Below are positions 35,241-49,302 of a DNA stretch of 64,000 bases, one piece after another. The position numbers were made by a program, and so were the translations under genes. Location of the stretch: positions 215,576,001 through 215,640,000 of the forward strand of contig NC_086097.1 of assembly GCF_963921235.1 (NCBI RefSeq). The letters are read 5' to 3'. This DNA is from Mobula hypostoma (taxonomy: Eukaryota). The notes under the pieces are model-generated. The model was not told where the DNA came from. It saw nothing but the letters and a program-made list of their open reading frames with translations, and searched no databases. Numbering within the stretch: the stretch's first letter is position 1; every line of letters begins with the position of its first letter.

Positions 35241-37114
35241 GCACTTCACACGTGGAGAGACCTGGCTGGTGGTAAGGAGTTCAGTTGTCTCATGGCCTGG
35301 AAAAAGAAACAGTTTCCCATCCCAACTGCCCTAAAAAGCTGTTCCCATCCAACTGTCCGTGTGCATGTGGGTGGGAGGGAAAAAAGGGGCTTGTTTTGCT
35401 GTGTTGTTCTGTTGTTTGCTGTGTTCTATGTTGTTCTGCCAAGCATTGTGGGCGTGCTATGCTGCCGCTGGAACGTGTGGTGGAATGCCAGTCCCCGGCA
35501 GATTCTTAGGTGTGTTGGTTGTTTACGTAAATGAATAACTTCACTATATATTTCCATGTAATGTAATAAATTATTCTGAATATGAATCTGAATCTCCTTT
35601 CTATTGAGTCTGCCTGATTTGCTGAGCATTTCCAGCATTTTCAGTTTTAATGACCTCAGGCTAACAGTATCTCGTTGCCTGCACTGTTTATGATCTTTAT
35701 ATCTACGCGGGACAATAAATACCCAAGACTTCAAAATAGGTTCAAACAACATTCAAACCTCTCTTCTTTAGTACAAGAAAGATCTTTGTATAATTGGTGT
35801 GAGATGAATAAGTATATCTAGAATGATTAGTGATTTTCACCAGGTCTGCGTGAAAAATAATGTTGTATGGAATGACTGTTAAACTTTTTGCTTACAACTC
35901 TGGACTTGTAACTTCAAAGATAGAAGTGAATTATTCTCATTCACAAGCTTGAAATAATTTCCAATCCATGCAATTTTGGAATAATTACATAAATATATAA
36001 GAATTATGGCATCTTCTAATGACTGGGAAGAACTAAAAAAACAATGTTATTAACCTTTCAGTGACAGAGAACTGTTGTGATGTCTAATTAGCAAATGTTA
36101 GTCTTGGCACCTTTTTTCTAATTTTCAGAATCACTGATTCTAAGATCACTTTAATGACTTTCTATGACATAATGAGAAGCTACTTATAATTATTCCAAAT
36201 TAGAGAAAAGAGCTTTTGACTCTTGGACCAAAAATTGGTATTGTTTTCACTTGCACGTTGCAGCATACTTTAATGAGTCAGCCCATCTCAACCAGAAGCA
36301 CAATTAGGACACAACAATAATCCTAATGCACGGGGGGGCAGGGAATGAAAATCTAGGTCAGTTTCTTGCTCCAAATCCTTATCTAGTGGCCCGATTTGAA
36401 AATGTACGTGTTTGAACTCCAGGTAAGAATAGGATGAAGGTCAGTAGTATTTCATCATATGTATGCACATCCTCAATGTCATAGGGAAGAAACTCCCTCT
36501 GGGAATCTGTCTTGAGTTAGCAGCTCCAGGAAAGTTGAGGGAAAGATTGAAAGAGGTGAATATAATTGCAATTTGTTATGGGATCTGCATACATGTAGGT
36601 CTTTCAAGGGAAGCACGAGAAGTATTTCAATTAATTTATTTTCTGCAAGATCCACTCTTTCATGTACATTGAATGGGAACATCTTGAAACTAACATATAA
36701 TATGTGATGTCAGTCCTGTGGAGTTGGGCATTTTTACTCACAGTCATCTACATTAAAACTTTCAAGGTAGGTTGAAGTATTGTAATTCAGTTTGCATGAA
36801 ATATTTACTTACATTTTGCATTTCAATTAAGTTAGGTGAAATGTCATCTCCCATCCACTTAAAACAGAATTACCCTGTGTTGCCATTTACCCATGGCAAG
36901 AATGATTTGTGATCCCTGAAAATCCAAAAGTGTAGATCTACCCTGAGGTGTAATAACTTGTCTTTTTTATGAATAATCCTATGCAGTTTTCTGGAATTTT
37001 ATTTGGATAATATCCCTTTAATGGTAGGTGGTATTTATATTTCTTCTTAATAGTCTGTATTATATATGCAGAGTCAAATTGGGGTTAATTTGAATACCAT
37101 GGATGCTGTCTACA

Positions 37115-38625
37115 ACAAGACAGAGGAGCAGAATTAGGCCATTTTGATCCATTGAGTCTGCTCCACTATTCCATTCTGGTTAACTTATTATCCCTCTCAA
37201 CCCCAGTCTCCTGCCTTTTCCCCCGTAACCTTTGACTCCCTTACTAATCAAGAACCTATCAAACTTTGTCTTAAATATACGCAATCCACAGCCGTCTGAG
37301 GCAATGAATTTCACAGGTACATGCACACTTCTGATGCAAAGCTCACTTAGTCCTGGTAAAGGGATGGTGCATGCACTAATGCCGTCTGCTGCAGATTATG
37401 GTTTCAATTGGTGTACCTTGCTGAGTTGGAACAGATCAGCAGGGATGGGTCATTTGAGTCCTCAAGCCTGCTTCCTCATTCAGCATGATCATGGCTGCTC
37501 TTCAAACACCATTTTCATGCCTTTTCTCCAAATCATGGGATTTCTTTGATACCTAGTAATCAATCAATCTCTGTTTGACTGCAGTCAATGCCTGAGTCTC
37601 CAAAGCCCTTTGTTTCAAGATTCAAGATTTCGTCATCCCTCGGGGTGAAGAAGTTTCTCTCCGTTTCAACCCTAAATGGCTTCCTCCTTATTTTGAACTG
37701 GTGACCTTAAGTTCTAGATTTTTAGACAGGAGTAACTTTCTTTTAGCTGTGAGAATGCTGCATGATTTTGATGTTGTTTATGCTTATTTTTAGTATCAGA
37801 ACAGAGGCTACATAGAGTGGGACAAATTAACAGGAGAGAGAGCATTAAGAAGTCTTCTTCCCCAGTTGGTCAGGAAGTAGGTTTCTTGGTCAGTGATGAC
37901 CAATACCAGCCTGCCAAGCCATCTAAGGATTTTACACCTTTTAACGAGGTCACCTCTTATTCTTCGAAACTCTAGAGAAAAGAAGCCTAACCTACTTCAT
38001 CTTTCCCTGCATGACAGACCATTTTTGTCTGTCCTTGTTAGTCCTTTCTTTTTCCTTTTTACGTACCCATAAGAGATTTTATAATCTGTTTTCATGTACC
38101 TTACCAGTTCAGTTTCATGTTCCAGCTTCCCTTTCTTTATCAATTTGATGACTATACTGTCACTTTGATACTCAGCAATCCCAGTTACTGTTATCCTTAA
38201 CCTTGCATAGCTGGGCATCCATTACAAAGCAGGAAGAGCTACAGCAGTGACATTTTAAGACAATGAGATCAAAAGACAATATGGCTAGAATTAGGCCATT
38301 CGGCCCATCGAGTCTGCTCCACCATTCCATTATGGCTGATTTATCTCCCTCTCAATCCCCATTCTCCTACCTTCTCCCTGTAGCCTTTGAAGCCTTTACA
38401 GATTAGGAACTATCAACCTGTGCTGGAAATGTACAGAAATGTACTGCCTTTGGCCTCCACAGCAATGAATTCCCCAGAGTCACCACCCTCCAGCTAAAGA
38501 AATTCCTCCTCATCTCTGTTCTAAATGGATGTCCTTCTGGAGGCTGTGTCCTCTGGCCCTAGACTCCCCCACAACAGGAAACATTCTTCCCACATCTACT
38601 CAATCCAGGTCTTCCAATATTCCAT
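37115..38625 (-). mobile_element. Cluster of old CR1 fragments interspersed with other sequence
   Basis: CR1 3' UTR motifs (GAATTAGGCCATT..CCCATCGAGTCTGCTCC) at ~37130 and ~38290; KISYGYVKRK peptide near 38050. Confidence 0.65.
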
Positions 38626-39049
38626 GTTTTAGCAGAAAAACATACACTATCAGCTGGTTGAGAATGCTACACATTTTTAGTGTTAGGTCGACGTTAATTT
38701 TGGCATCTGTAGAACTGAGTATAGCTTGAACAATTGAAAAAGACACATAAAACAGGATAAACATAGGAGAGAGAGAGAGAAGAGAAGAGAGAAAAAAGAA
38801 AAGAAAAGAAAAGACTGGGTAGGTCTGTCAGCAGAAAGTCTTATTACCCAGTGTGTCAGGGAGGAGACTGCTTCAAAGCATATATATCATGTGCTTCTTC
38901 TTACGAGCACTCACAAAACAAAGAACACAATAGAATTCACTAAAAAACCCACACAAGACCAATTTACAGAAGAGGCAAAATCTCACAAATAGTAAAAAAG
39001 AAATAAAGAAGAACACATGGAACATGAAAGTGAGTCCACAGCTGTGTCC

Positions 39050-39145
39050 ACACCAGTCCTGCCAAAGGATCTCGGCCCGGAACATCGACTGCACTCTGCT
39101 CCATAGATTCTGCCTGACCTGCTGAGTACCTCCAGCACTTTGTGT
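39050..39145 (+). mobile_element. Penelope-like pLTR fragment nested in another repeat
   Basis: AGTCCTGCCAAAGGATCTCGGCCCGGAACATCGACT (decayed hammerhead). Imperfect duplication GTGAGTCC..GCTGTG at 39030 and 39144. Confidence 0.7.
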
Positions 39146-40049
39146 GAGTCCTGCGGCTGTGGAGCCTGTTCAGTACTGAGGCAAGTGAAGCCAGCCCAGG
39201 AGCCCGACGGCTGCCGAGCAACAACTGCTCCACAACCTAGCAGCGTGCGACCCAAGACTCCTCCCGCCTGACTGTAGTACCGAGAGGAGAGGGAGGCTGG
39301 ACATACACAGGCAGATGGCACTGAATACCTGTTTATTTTCATCCACAACAATTTTAATCTTGCTCAAAGCTTTAACTGGCGTGGAGTAATGGAGGAACCA
39401 ACTTTGCCAAATCCCCCAGGAGATCAGTAAAGCACTGGATCATTTGGCTGGTTCAAAAGTACATCCTTAAAAGGGAAATTACAGACTGCAGACTGAGGCG
39501 ATTGTAGTTCAGAAAAAGTCTCTCTACTAGCATATCGAGAGATATTGTGAGCTGTCTGAAAAACATTGGCATTGGTCACCAGTGGCATCTTGCATCACAG
39601 AGGAAGGAAGAACTGCATCCTTACCAGAATCTCAGTGACTGCCAATATGATTCTCCTTCACTAATGTAGTCATCACCAAAGCCTGACAAACTCAACAGTC
39701 ATAGCTCCAACCTCAGACCAAGTAGGAAGTGGCTGGTGAAGTGTTGATGGCTATAAATCTTGTTTGGCACTGAAGATATTAACAGTTTGCAGTGCACTCT
39801 TGTATAAAGGAGGAGACTAAGTATCTCTTTTCCAAGACAGATAATTTAATTTCATTGTACCTTGCTGGAAGTGAATATTACAGTTTGAATCCATTACAGG
39901 CATCCGCATTATTCAAGGCAAATCAAAAAACTGTAGGGGTGGGGAATCTGACGTGAGAATAAAAAGTGCTGGGAATGTTTTGTTCTGATCAAGGGTCTTT
40001 GTACTGAAACAGGTATCTCTTTCTTTAGAAACTGACTGACCTGAACATT

Positions 40050-41488
40050 TAAAAAAGGAGGGAGAGAGAAACCGGGGAATTATAGACCGGTTAGCCTAAC
40101 GTCGATGGTGGGGAAACTGCTGGAGTCAGTTATCAAGGATGTGATAACAGCACATTTGGAAAGCGGTGAAATGATCGGACAAAGTCAGCGCGGATTTGTG
40201 AAAGGAAAATCATGTCTGACGAATCTCATAGAATTTTTTGAGGATGTAACTAGTAGAGTGGATAGGGGAGAACCAGTGGATGTGGTATATTTGGATTTTC
40301 AAAAGGCTTTTGACAAGGTCCCACACAGGAGATTAGTGTGCAAACTTAAAGCACACGGTATTGGGGGTAAGGTATTGGTGTGGGTGGAGAATTGGTTAGC
40401 AGACAGGAAGCAAAGAGTGGGAATAAATGGGACCTTTTCAGAATGGCAGGCGGTGACTAGTGGGGTACCGCAAGGCTCAGTGCTGGGACCCCAGTTGTTT
40501 ACAATATATATTAATGACTTGGATGAGGGAATTAAATGCAGCATCTCCAAGTCTGCGGATGACACGAAGCTGGGTGGCAGTGTTAGCTGTGAGGAGGATG
40601 CTAAGAGGATGCAGGGTGACTTGGATAGGTTGGGTGAGTGGGCAAATTCATGGCAGATGCAATTTAATGTGGATAAATGTGAAGTTATCCACTTTGGTGG
40701 CAAAAATAGGAAAACAGATTATTATCTGAATGGTGGCCGATTAGGAAAAGGGGAGGTGCAACGAGACCTGGGTGTCATTATACACCAGTCATTGAAAGTG
40801 GGCATGCAGGTACAGCAGGCGGTGAAAAAGGCGAATGGTATGCTGGCATTTATAGCGAGAGGATTCGAGTACAGGAGCAGGGAGGTACTACTGCAGTTGT
40901 ACAAGGCCTTGGTGAGACCACACCTGGAGTATTGTGTGCAGTTTTGGTCCCCTAATCTGAGGAAAGACATCTTTGCCATAGAGGGAGTACAAAGAAGGTT
41001 CACCAGATTGATTCCTGGGATGGCAGGACTTTCATATGAAGAAAGACTGGATGAACTAGGCTTGTACTCGTTGGAATTTAGAAGATTGAGGGGGGATCTG
41101 ATTGAAACGTATAAGATCCTAAAGGGATTGGACAGGCTAGATGCAGGAAGATTGTTCCCGATGTTGGGGAAGTCCAGAACGAGGGGTCACAGTTTGAAGA
41201 TAGAGGGGAAGCCTTTTAGGACCGAGACTAGGAAAAACTTCTTCACACAGAGAGTGGTGAATCTGTGGAATTCTCTGCCACAGGAAACTGTTGAGGCCAG
41301 TTCATTGGCTATATTTAAGAGGGAGTTAGATATGGCCCTTGTGGCTACGGGGGTCAGGGGGTATGGAGGGAAGGCTGGGGCGGGGTTCTGAGTTGGATGA
41401 TCAGCCATGATCATAATAAATGGCGGTGCAGGCTCGAAGGGCCGAATGGCCTACTCCTGCACCTATTTTCTATGTTTCTATGTTTCTA
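40050..41488 (+). mobile_element. Young 5'-truncated CR1 LINE
   Basis: Uninterrupted frame to the natural stop at 41391, followed by 3' UTR and (TTTCTATG)n tail. Confidence 0.95.
40105..41391 (+). CDS. CR1 ORF2 RT domain and C-terminus (truncated retroposon ORF, not a host gene)
   Basis: 428-aa open frame with DFQKAFDKV, GVPQGSVLGP and KSADDTK (FADD changed to SADD). Lacks the endonuclease domain. Confidence 0.85.
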   Translation: MVGKLLESVIKDVITAHLESGEMIGQSQRGFVKGKSCLTNLIEFFEDVTSRVDRGEPVDVVYLDFQKAFDKVPHRRLVCKLKAHGIGGKVLVWVENWLADRKQRVGINGTFSEWQAVTSGVPQGSVLGPQLFTIYINDLDEGIKCSISKSADDTKLGGSVSCEEDAKRMQGDLDRLGEWANSWQMQFNVDKCEVIHFGGKNRKTDYYLNGGRLGKGEVQRDLGVIIHQSLKVGMQVQQAVKKANGMLAFIARGFEYRSREVLLQLYKALVRPHLEYCVQFWSPNLRKDIFAIEGVQRRFTRLIPGMAGLSYEERLDELGLYSLEFRRLRGDLIETYKILKGLDRLDAGRLFPMLGKSRTRGHSLKIEGKPFRTETRKNFFTQRVVNLWNSLPQETVEASSLAIFKRELDMALVATGVRGYGGKAGAGF

Positions 41489-41589
41489 TTCCCAGGAATT
41501 TCAGGTTTTACAGGCATCATTGCAGGAAGCCATTGATGAATGCACATTGTTTAATGGCAGCTCATCCTGAAACAGAGCAGAAAGACGTT

Positions 41590-42050
41590 CCATCAAAGTT
41601 CAGATTAAATTTATTATCAAAGTGCAAACATGTCACCATATACTACCTTGTGATTCATTTCTTGCAGGCGTTTACAGGAAAATAAAGCAACAGTAGAATT
41701 AATTTAAAAAACTAAACACAGCCAAAGACTGACAAAAACAATGGGCAAAAGTAGACAAATTGAGCAGTTAGAGATTGGCAGAAAGGACGTTCTGGGCATA
41801 AGTAAATACATAACACTGAGAATATGAGTTGTAGAGTCCTTGAAAGGGAGTTCATAGGTTGAGGAATCTGTTCAGAGTTGAGGTAAGTGAAGTTATCTGT
41901 GTTGGTTCAGGAGCATGATCGTTGTAGGGTGATAATTGTTCCTGAACCTAGTGATGGGGGACCTAAGGCTCCTGTACTTTTTGCTTGATTGTAGTAGCGA
42001 GAAGAGAGCATGGCCTGGATGGTGGAGGTCCTTGAAGATGGATGCTAGCT
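41590..42050 (-). mobile_element. Rex-type LINE 3' end
   Basis: TTTATTATCAAAG tail orientation and TTCCTGAACCTAGTG...AGAGAGCATGGCCTGGATGGTGG motif. Confidence 0.65.
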
Positions 42051-43104
42051 AGACTGTGTACAACTAGGTAACCAAAACCTCAGAGCTTCAAACTCTTGGA
42101 GTCTTGGTGATGATATTCAGGAGTTCATACACGATGTTTATGCGTACATGTATAAGTCTACGCACTTTGCCAAGTCATCCTAAACACGGATAGAGCTAGA
42201 GGTTTTGCAAATTGCCATCCGTGTTGCAAGCCCTTTGGAAGTTGTACTTTATCAGTCACTAAATTCTTGTGTTTACTTGGATTGAAAATTGCAGCCATAT
42301 CTGAACAAGCACTCGCTGACTGAATAACAATATAGTTCAACATGCATGATATGGCTGCATGCCTTTACTCTCTAAAGCACGAGTCATTGTGGTTACTTAT
42401 GTGAGTGACATCCCTTTAAATGTTGCCTGCAGCCTTTTGATGATTTATACAGTCCTACCTAGCGTTGAGAGCAATCAGCACTGGAAGCTTGCCTATTGTA
42501 GTTAATTAGGTTGGCTTCATGCAAAGTTGGCAAAGATCTTGTCTCATTAGTGTGAGGAGAACATTTGCCCATATTTTATTATTAAACCCCCAAAAAAGGT
42601 GTTCTTTGTCTATTGGTGTCAATTTTTCCAATCTACGGCATGCATTTCTGTTATCTCTCTGAAAGTGAGTTAGTACCATCACATGCGGAATTATAATCTA
42701 TTAAGTATTGTGCTTCATATTCAATAGGCTTTTGATTAAAGTTGACTGGTTTCATTTCGAAGCCCATGTCTCAGGGTAAGAGATTTTGCATTATTATCTC
42801 GGATTAGTCTAGAAAGTGACATGGCATCAAATTGCTCCACAATTTTGAATTTATGTTCAGTAACCCAATTTCTGCCTATTTGGATGGATTATAGTTGAGA
42901 AACATTATAAACTGCCATGTGTTGATAGAGCTAAGCTAAATAACCTGTTTCATTAGTTGCCATTAAATCCTGGAACATATGCTGTGGAAAATTTCAGAAT
43001 GGATTCATGTTCCTTTTCTCCCATCGCACATATACGTGTGGATGTTTAATGCAGGCACAAGATCCAAATTTGTTGCATTGGTTGCCAATCCTAGCAGGCC
43101 AAGA

Positions 43105-43625
43105 TTTAGAATCAGAGTCACAAAGTGTCCCAGCACAGAAACAGGCCCTTTGGCCCGACATCTACAAGACTAATTTGCCCATGTGAACTATTCTTATTTG
43201 CCAGTGGTAGACCCATATCCCTTCAAACCTTTCCTCTCTTCACACCTGTCTAAATGTTACTTTTGCACTATTTATTTTTTTTTGCAAATTATAGATTTTT
43301 ATATCTTTGCACTGTACTGCCATCACAAACAGTAAATTTTGCGTTATATGTCAGTGATCATAAATCTGATTCTGATTATTTTAAGTGTAATTGTACCGAC
43401 CTCTGCTGCTTCCTCTGGCAGCTTGTTCTATATACCCTACACCCTTTCTGTGAAAAACTTGCCCCAGTAGGACTCCTTTGAATCTTTACCCTCTCACCTT
43501 AAGCCTACAGGTAAGTCCTCTAGTTTTAGAATCCTCTACCCTGGGAAAAAGACTGTGAGTGTTCACTTTATCTTTAATCCCTCATGATTTTATATACCTC
43601 TATAAGGTCACTGTCAGCCTCCTTT
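43105..43625 (-). mobile_element. CR1 3' fragment with a short nested LINE tail (~43255-43375)
   Basis: CAGCACAGAAACAGGCCCTTTGGCCC 3' UTR motif; nested (TCTGAT)n tail. Confidence 0.7.
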
Positions 43626-45486
43626 AACTCAACTCTTTCTCTCCAATGCCTGTTCTGTCTTTTCCCTTAGCATTTTGAATTTCATTGTTTTGTGTGAGCA
43701 AAGGGATAGCTAAGTGACTGCTTTATTGTTTACCCTTGAAATAGCATTTGTTTAAGAGTAATGGTTACCTCTTGTGATCTTTCCTTCATCAGACTTGTTG
43801 TTAATGGAAGTGTTTTTACTGTAGGGCTGATTTACCATTGAATGACCATTGTGCCAAATGATTGGTTGGGGATACCTGGTTTCGTCATTTAACAAATAGA
43901 ATATCGACAGAATGTTGCATGGGAATCTTGACAATCTCTTCCATTTGTTTCTGTACCCAGTTCAGCACTTGAAGACAGAATAGAGTGGAAGTGATGGCAA
44001 TTTGATAGCTAGAATGTTCTTATGAAGTGATTTGGGAATTTACCAAGTCAAAGGTGCTGTAAGTATTGTTGTTATTATTGATCAAATGCTCATCTCTTAA
44101 CATGTTCTTAGACTTCCCCAAGCCATTCCACCTTTCTGCCACTCTTCTCCTTTCAAGAAGTTCCCTTTTGATCTAGTTTAAGTCACATAATATCTCTTTG
44201 CATGGCTCGGTGTCAAATTTTGTTGGTAATGCTCTTGTGAACCCCCTGGGCCAAGAGATATTGTATGTTGCTATGTTAAAGGCACAATGTAAATACAAGC
44301 TGTTCTTGCTGTGTAAGACGCTGGACTACATTCTGTTCACCCATTCTTCCTGTGAGGCATGTGACTTGTTCAATATCAGATATTGTGAATTTACGCTTTA
44401 GAAATTAATTTTAATCTACAATAGATAGTGCCTGTAGCAAAATGAATATCAGTCAGATGGAAGTTATCTTATGAAAGTCCTTCAAGTGAATATTTCTCTT
44501 CTCATGAAGAGAACTGTCCAAGTACTCAAGACCAAAACAGGAGAAAACATACAAATTTTAGGCTTCTTTTAGCTGAAACATGGTTAGTTCCCCAGAGTTA
44601 TCTTCAGGTGGTCACTGAATTTTATTGGACCTTTTCAGCATATTTGTACATGCTTGAAATTGAACAAGTATATAATAACATTACCAAAATGGAGTACAAT
44701 CAAAGCAAAGCTAGGGAGATGACATCAAATTTTGGTTGTAGTTTTCACAGAGGAACCAATTATTTTCTTTCATTCAGTAACTCAATTTCTGAATGCAAAT
44801 GACACACTCAATTATTCAAAACTAAAACATCACTTGAGCCCAAATTCGTCTCATTCTATATGTCCTTGTTTGGAGATCAATTTAGTCACGATTGCTTACA
44901 TATCATTAAAATTCAATAAACACTATTACAAAATTCACTTATTGTTTTCATTTTCTTTGGACGAGAATGAAATGTTAGGTTCAGAATGAAACATTCTTCG
45001 GCTTTTGAAAGATATTTGTTCCATTTGGTGTAGATGTGAAAAGATATAATCTTAAGCTTCCAAGAATAGCTGCTATTTGTGTTGAAACCAATGATCACTA
45101 GATGTTGGCAACCCTATTATAAGTTTGAATACTGAATCTGTTCCCCTCTGCAAAGTTTGAACAAGTTAACTAGTCTTTCAATGGACACCTGTGCAAAAGC
45201 TTCACAAATATGGTTGTTGCATATGAAAGTGATCCAGAAGTCAAATCATACAAAAGGACGGAATTTTAATGTCTTATGTATGCATCTGTTTAATGGCACA
45301 AAAACACATATTCTAACATAGAACACAATGGTTTACTCATTCTACAGATTTTTATGTGACAGGTTTTTAAATTTATGCTATTAGCTTAGAAAAATAGAAG
45401 TCTTTTCTTGTTAGCTGAACCTGTAAAAAGATGGGCCAATTGGGCCAATTAATGAGAGTTTATCACTGACACCATATAGTCAATTA

Positions 45487-46085
45487 CATAGAACATAGAA
45501 TCGTAAAACACAAGAACAGGCCCCTTAGTCCACAATGTTTTGCTGAACTAAATAAATTAGTAATCAAATGGCCAACTAAACTAATCCCCTCTTCCTATAC
45601 AATGTCCATATCCTTACATCCTTCCATTTTCCTCACATTCATGTACCCATTAAAATATCTCTTAAAAATCTCCAATGTATCTGCCTCTACAACCACCCCA
45701 GGCAGCACATTCCAGGCACCCACCACTCTCTATGTAGAAAAAACTTGCCGCTCACATCTCCCTTGAACTTACTCCCCCTCACCTTAAATGCACGCCCTCA
45801 GGTATTAGACATTTCCACCCAGGGAAAAGGTACTGTCTGTCTACTCTATCTGTGCCTCGCATAATCTTACAAACCCCTATCAGATGTCCTGTCAGCCTCT
45901 GCTGCTCCAGAGAAAACAACCCAAGTTTGTCCAATCTCTCGTTATCGCACATGCCCTCTAATCCAGGCAGCATCCAGGTAACCCTCTTGTGCACCCTCTC
46001 CAAAGCCTCAACATCCTTTTTATTCTAATGGGGTGATGAATACTCCAGATGCAGACTAACTAGAGCTTTATAAAAGTGCATAACA
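45487..46085 (-). mobile_element. CR1 3' portion
   Basis: ERVHKRVTWMLPGL...LDKLGLFSLE peptide and (CATAGAA) tail on the opposite strand. Confidence 0.88.
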
Positions 46086-46134
46086 ACATAAATAACAGCT
46101 GAATGTAGCAAAGATATGTAGGTAAATTTTCAAT

Positions 46135-46255
46135 GCATGAGATTCTGCAGATGCTGAAAATCTTGAGCAATACACACAAAGTGCTTGAGGAACTCAGGCA
46201 GCATCTATGGAGAGGAAAAAGCAGTTAATGTTTCGGACCAAGACTCTTCATCAGA
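46135..46255 (-). mobile_element. Penelope-like pLTR fragment
   Basis: Minus strand CTGATGAAGAGTCTTGGTCCGAAACATT: core boxes retained, stems decayed. Confidence 0.75.
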
Positions 46256-46289
46256 GCCCTGTGTTCTCAATAGTATAATCTAGTTCATC

Positions 46290-46860
46290 AGATCAAGTCA
46301 AAGTCAATTTCATTGCCACGTGTACAAGTACTTGTATGTACAACAAAGGAAAAGGCTTCCTTGCAGCAACATTCACAAGCACACAGCATTAGAGACACAA
46401 TATACAGAAGAAAAATACAAATTAAACACAAATCATACAAGAATTGTGCAGGAAAGAACAACAATTATAACCAGAAGTAGGCAAAGTTCATTGTCATACA
46501 AAGTGGTCAAAGTGGTTATAGGGTTACTCTTCTGAGGTGGTGTTCAGGGATGTGCAAGTTGGTTCAGGAACCAAAGGGTTGAAGGTAAGTATGCCTTTGA
46601 ACCTGATGATGTGAGACTTCAGGTTTCTTTACCTCCAATCCAATGACAGCTGTAAGAAGACAGCATGCTCCAGGTGGTGATGGTGGTGCAGGGTGCCTTT
46701 GATTGATAGATACTGCTTTTTTGAGGTGGCACCTCATGCAGATACTTCCAGCGGTGGGGAAGGATGTGCCTGTGATGTATTGGGCTAAGTTCACAGCTGT
46801 CTGCGGTTTCTTATATTTCTGCGCATTTGAATTGACTATCAGACCATGATGCATTACTCT
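46290..46860 (-). mobile_element. Degraded Rex-type LINE 3' portion
   Basis: (TCAAG) tail near 46290 and LAQYITGTSFP peptide in ORF 46564..47013. Confidence 0.65.
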
Positions 46861-49302
46861 GCACTCTCTGCGTATTGCTCCCGTGAGATTAGCAACTAAA
46901 AGGGAATATATAGCAGCCTGAAAATAGATGGCATAGAAAAGAATCAGGCCTGATTCAAGTAACATCCACTGAATACATTGAGTGATTGTGGTAAATTGGA
47001 TCTGAGAATTCATAGAAACCTCAAAATGCAGTTTTAACTGATGAACTCTAGACTGGAGCAGCGGAGGAGGAAAGTGTAGAGCATGCTGATTGTCTAATAT
47101 AATCCTTTTTTATTGTTAAAGCAGTACAAGATGGCAGCCAGAACCAAACTAGCTATAAAGGGTATTTTGACATTATAATAAAGCATGCAAGCCTTTCAGT
47201 TCTTAAACTGAATGGATCGAGATGCTCCTCAGGCAAATGATGTTGTGGAAATTCAAGTTCAAGTTGAAGTTTAATTGTCATCCAACCATACACATGAATA
47301 GAGCCAAATGAAACAGCATTCCTCTGTGACCCATGCACAAAACACAGTACCGACAGTCACACAGAGCACATAAAATTACGATAGTAAAAGTAACATACAG
47401 TTACAAAAGAGTAATATATATAAAAAATGTAGCCAAGTGTCATGCCCACTGTAGATTACTGGATGTTGTACTGGCCACGTTTCCACAAGAACAAACCCGC
47501 AGCAATCCTCGTACCTCACAAGTGCAGCCGCAGATAAACGCAATCCAGCTTGTCTTCCACCGAGCAAACACTGGAGACCAGCACCGATGGAAGGCACAGC
47601 CCCAAATCCAGCAGCGCACAGCCAGCTCTGGAGTCTCCTTTCCTGGCAGCCGCAACAGGTGACCCTAGACCCTGGAGCATGAGGGCCTAGTCCACGCCAC
47701 AACTCAGGCTACATGGCTCTCCTGCCGTCGGTCTCGCCACAGAACCGGTGAATGGGATTGGCAGTACAGTATTCTGCATTATCAATGTACAATGGGGTCT
47801 GGCGATCACAACAAAAACTTCAAAGACAATCTCCCACACCATCCTTTAGATCGTGCCCTGCCTCCATGCACTGCCTCTGATGCTTTCTTCCCTTAGTGGC
47901 TGAAGCAGGCTGTAACACGGTACGTAACAAGTCCAGATCCACTGTTATTGAGAACCTCACTAGTGGGACAGACCTGCAGCACCCGATGTTCTTTATGACT
48001 AGCAGTGTCTTCTGATTGTAAAAAAGACGTAAAAGATGAACATTTGCACCTTTGTTTGGAACCAGAGAGGCTGCTGCTTCCGAGTGCTCCACCATCTTAC
48101 CGGACAATTGAGGGCAAGATTGACAGTGCACCTACTCAAAAGAAAGACAATCTAGAGTGTAAGAGAGCAATCTTATTTATAGAGATGCTATAAATTGTTA
48201 TTTGTGCAGATATTTGATTCCAGGAAAGAAAATAGGTACTGTATTTTACTTGTGGAAGTGGTTGGGAGCCTGGAGAATCACTTTAGGAGACACCTTTGGA
48301 AAATGGTAAAAAGTACAGAAAGAAAGTTTAGTTCAATTTAAATGATTAAGTATGCAGCTAAAATGACCACATTGTTAGAGGTGCCATGCAAAATGTTAGT
48401 GTTAATGCTGGGGATGGGCAGATAAATGTAGTAAAGGTGAGAGAGCCAATGCTAAACTTAAATAACAGAAGGAAATTTGACACAAAAGGCAGGACTGCTG
48501 GGAAAAACTTCACTAATGTGATGTAGATCACCCATCGCATGCTTGCCTATTTACAACAGTGAAGTGCTTTACCCTCAGAAAGAATGCATGTATAGCCTCA
48601 GCATGTAAGGCTGGATCTAAGACCGGAAGCCAGAATGATGTCTGATAAGTAATTTGGTAATGTAAGGGCACGAGAAGCACAATAGGAGACAAGAGCCGGA
48701 CTAGGCGGCGCAGCCCCTTAAGCCTGTTCTGTCATTCAGCAAAATCTGAACTTGGAAACAGGTTCACTTTTCTGCTTGTTCCCCACAGCTCAGAGACTCC
48801 CTGATGGACCAAAATCTATTTCATAGAACATAGAGCAGCACAGTACAGGACAGGACCTACAGCTCACAATGTTATGTTGAACTAATTAAACCAGTGACTC
48901 TTAATTAATTTAATCCCTCTTCCCCACACAATGGCCATAATCCTCCCTTCTCTGCATATTCATGTGCGTAGCTAAGAGACTCTTAAACCCCCTTATGCTA
49001 AATTGTGGTAAATTGGTAAATTAGTCTATTATGGCCAGTGAAAAACATACAGTGAAAAACTTTGTTTTGCATTCAATCCGTACCGACCATTTAATTGCAA
49101 CACTGTACAAGGGAAAACAATAGCAGAATGAAGAATGAAGAGTTATTGTTACAGAAAAAATACCTTGCAAGCAGATAGTAAGGTTGATTGTGTATCTTTA
49201 ACTTAGAAGATGCTTGCTCATTGTCTCATAACAGCAGGATAGACACTGTCCTTGTGACTGGTGGAACCTACTTTCAGATCGTTTTAATTTCTTCCCAATG
49301 GC

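Noticed and set aside
40299..41003. Minus-strand and alternate-frame ORFs over the young CR1
   Set aside because: Shadow frames of the RT ORF.
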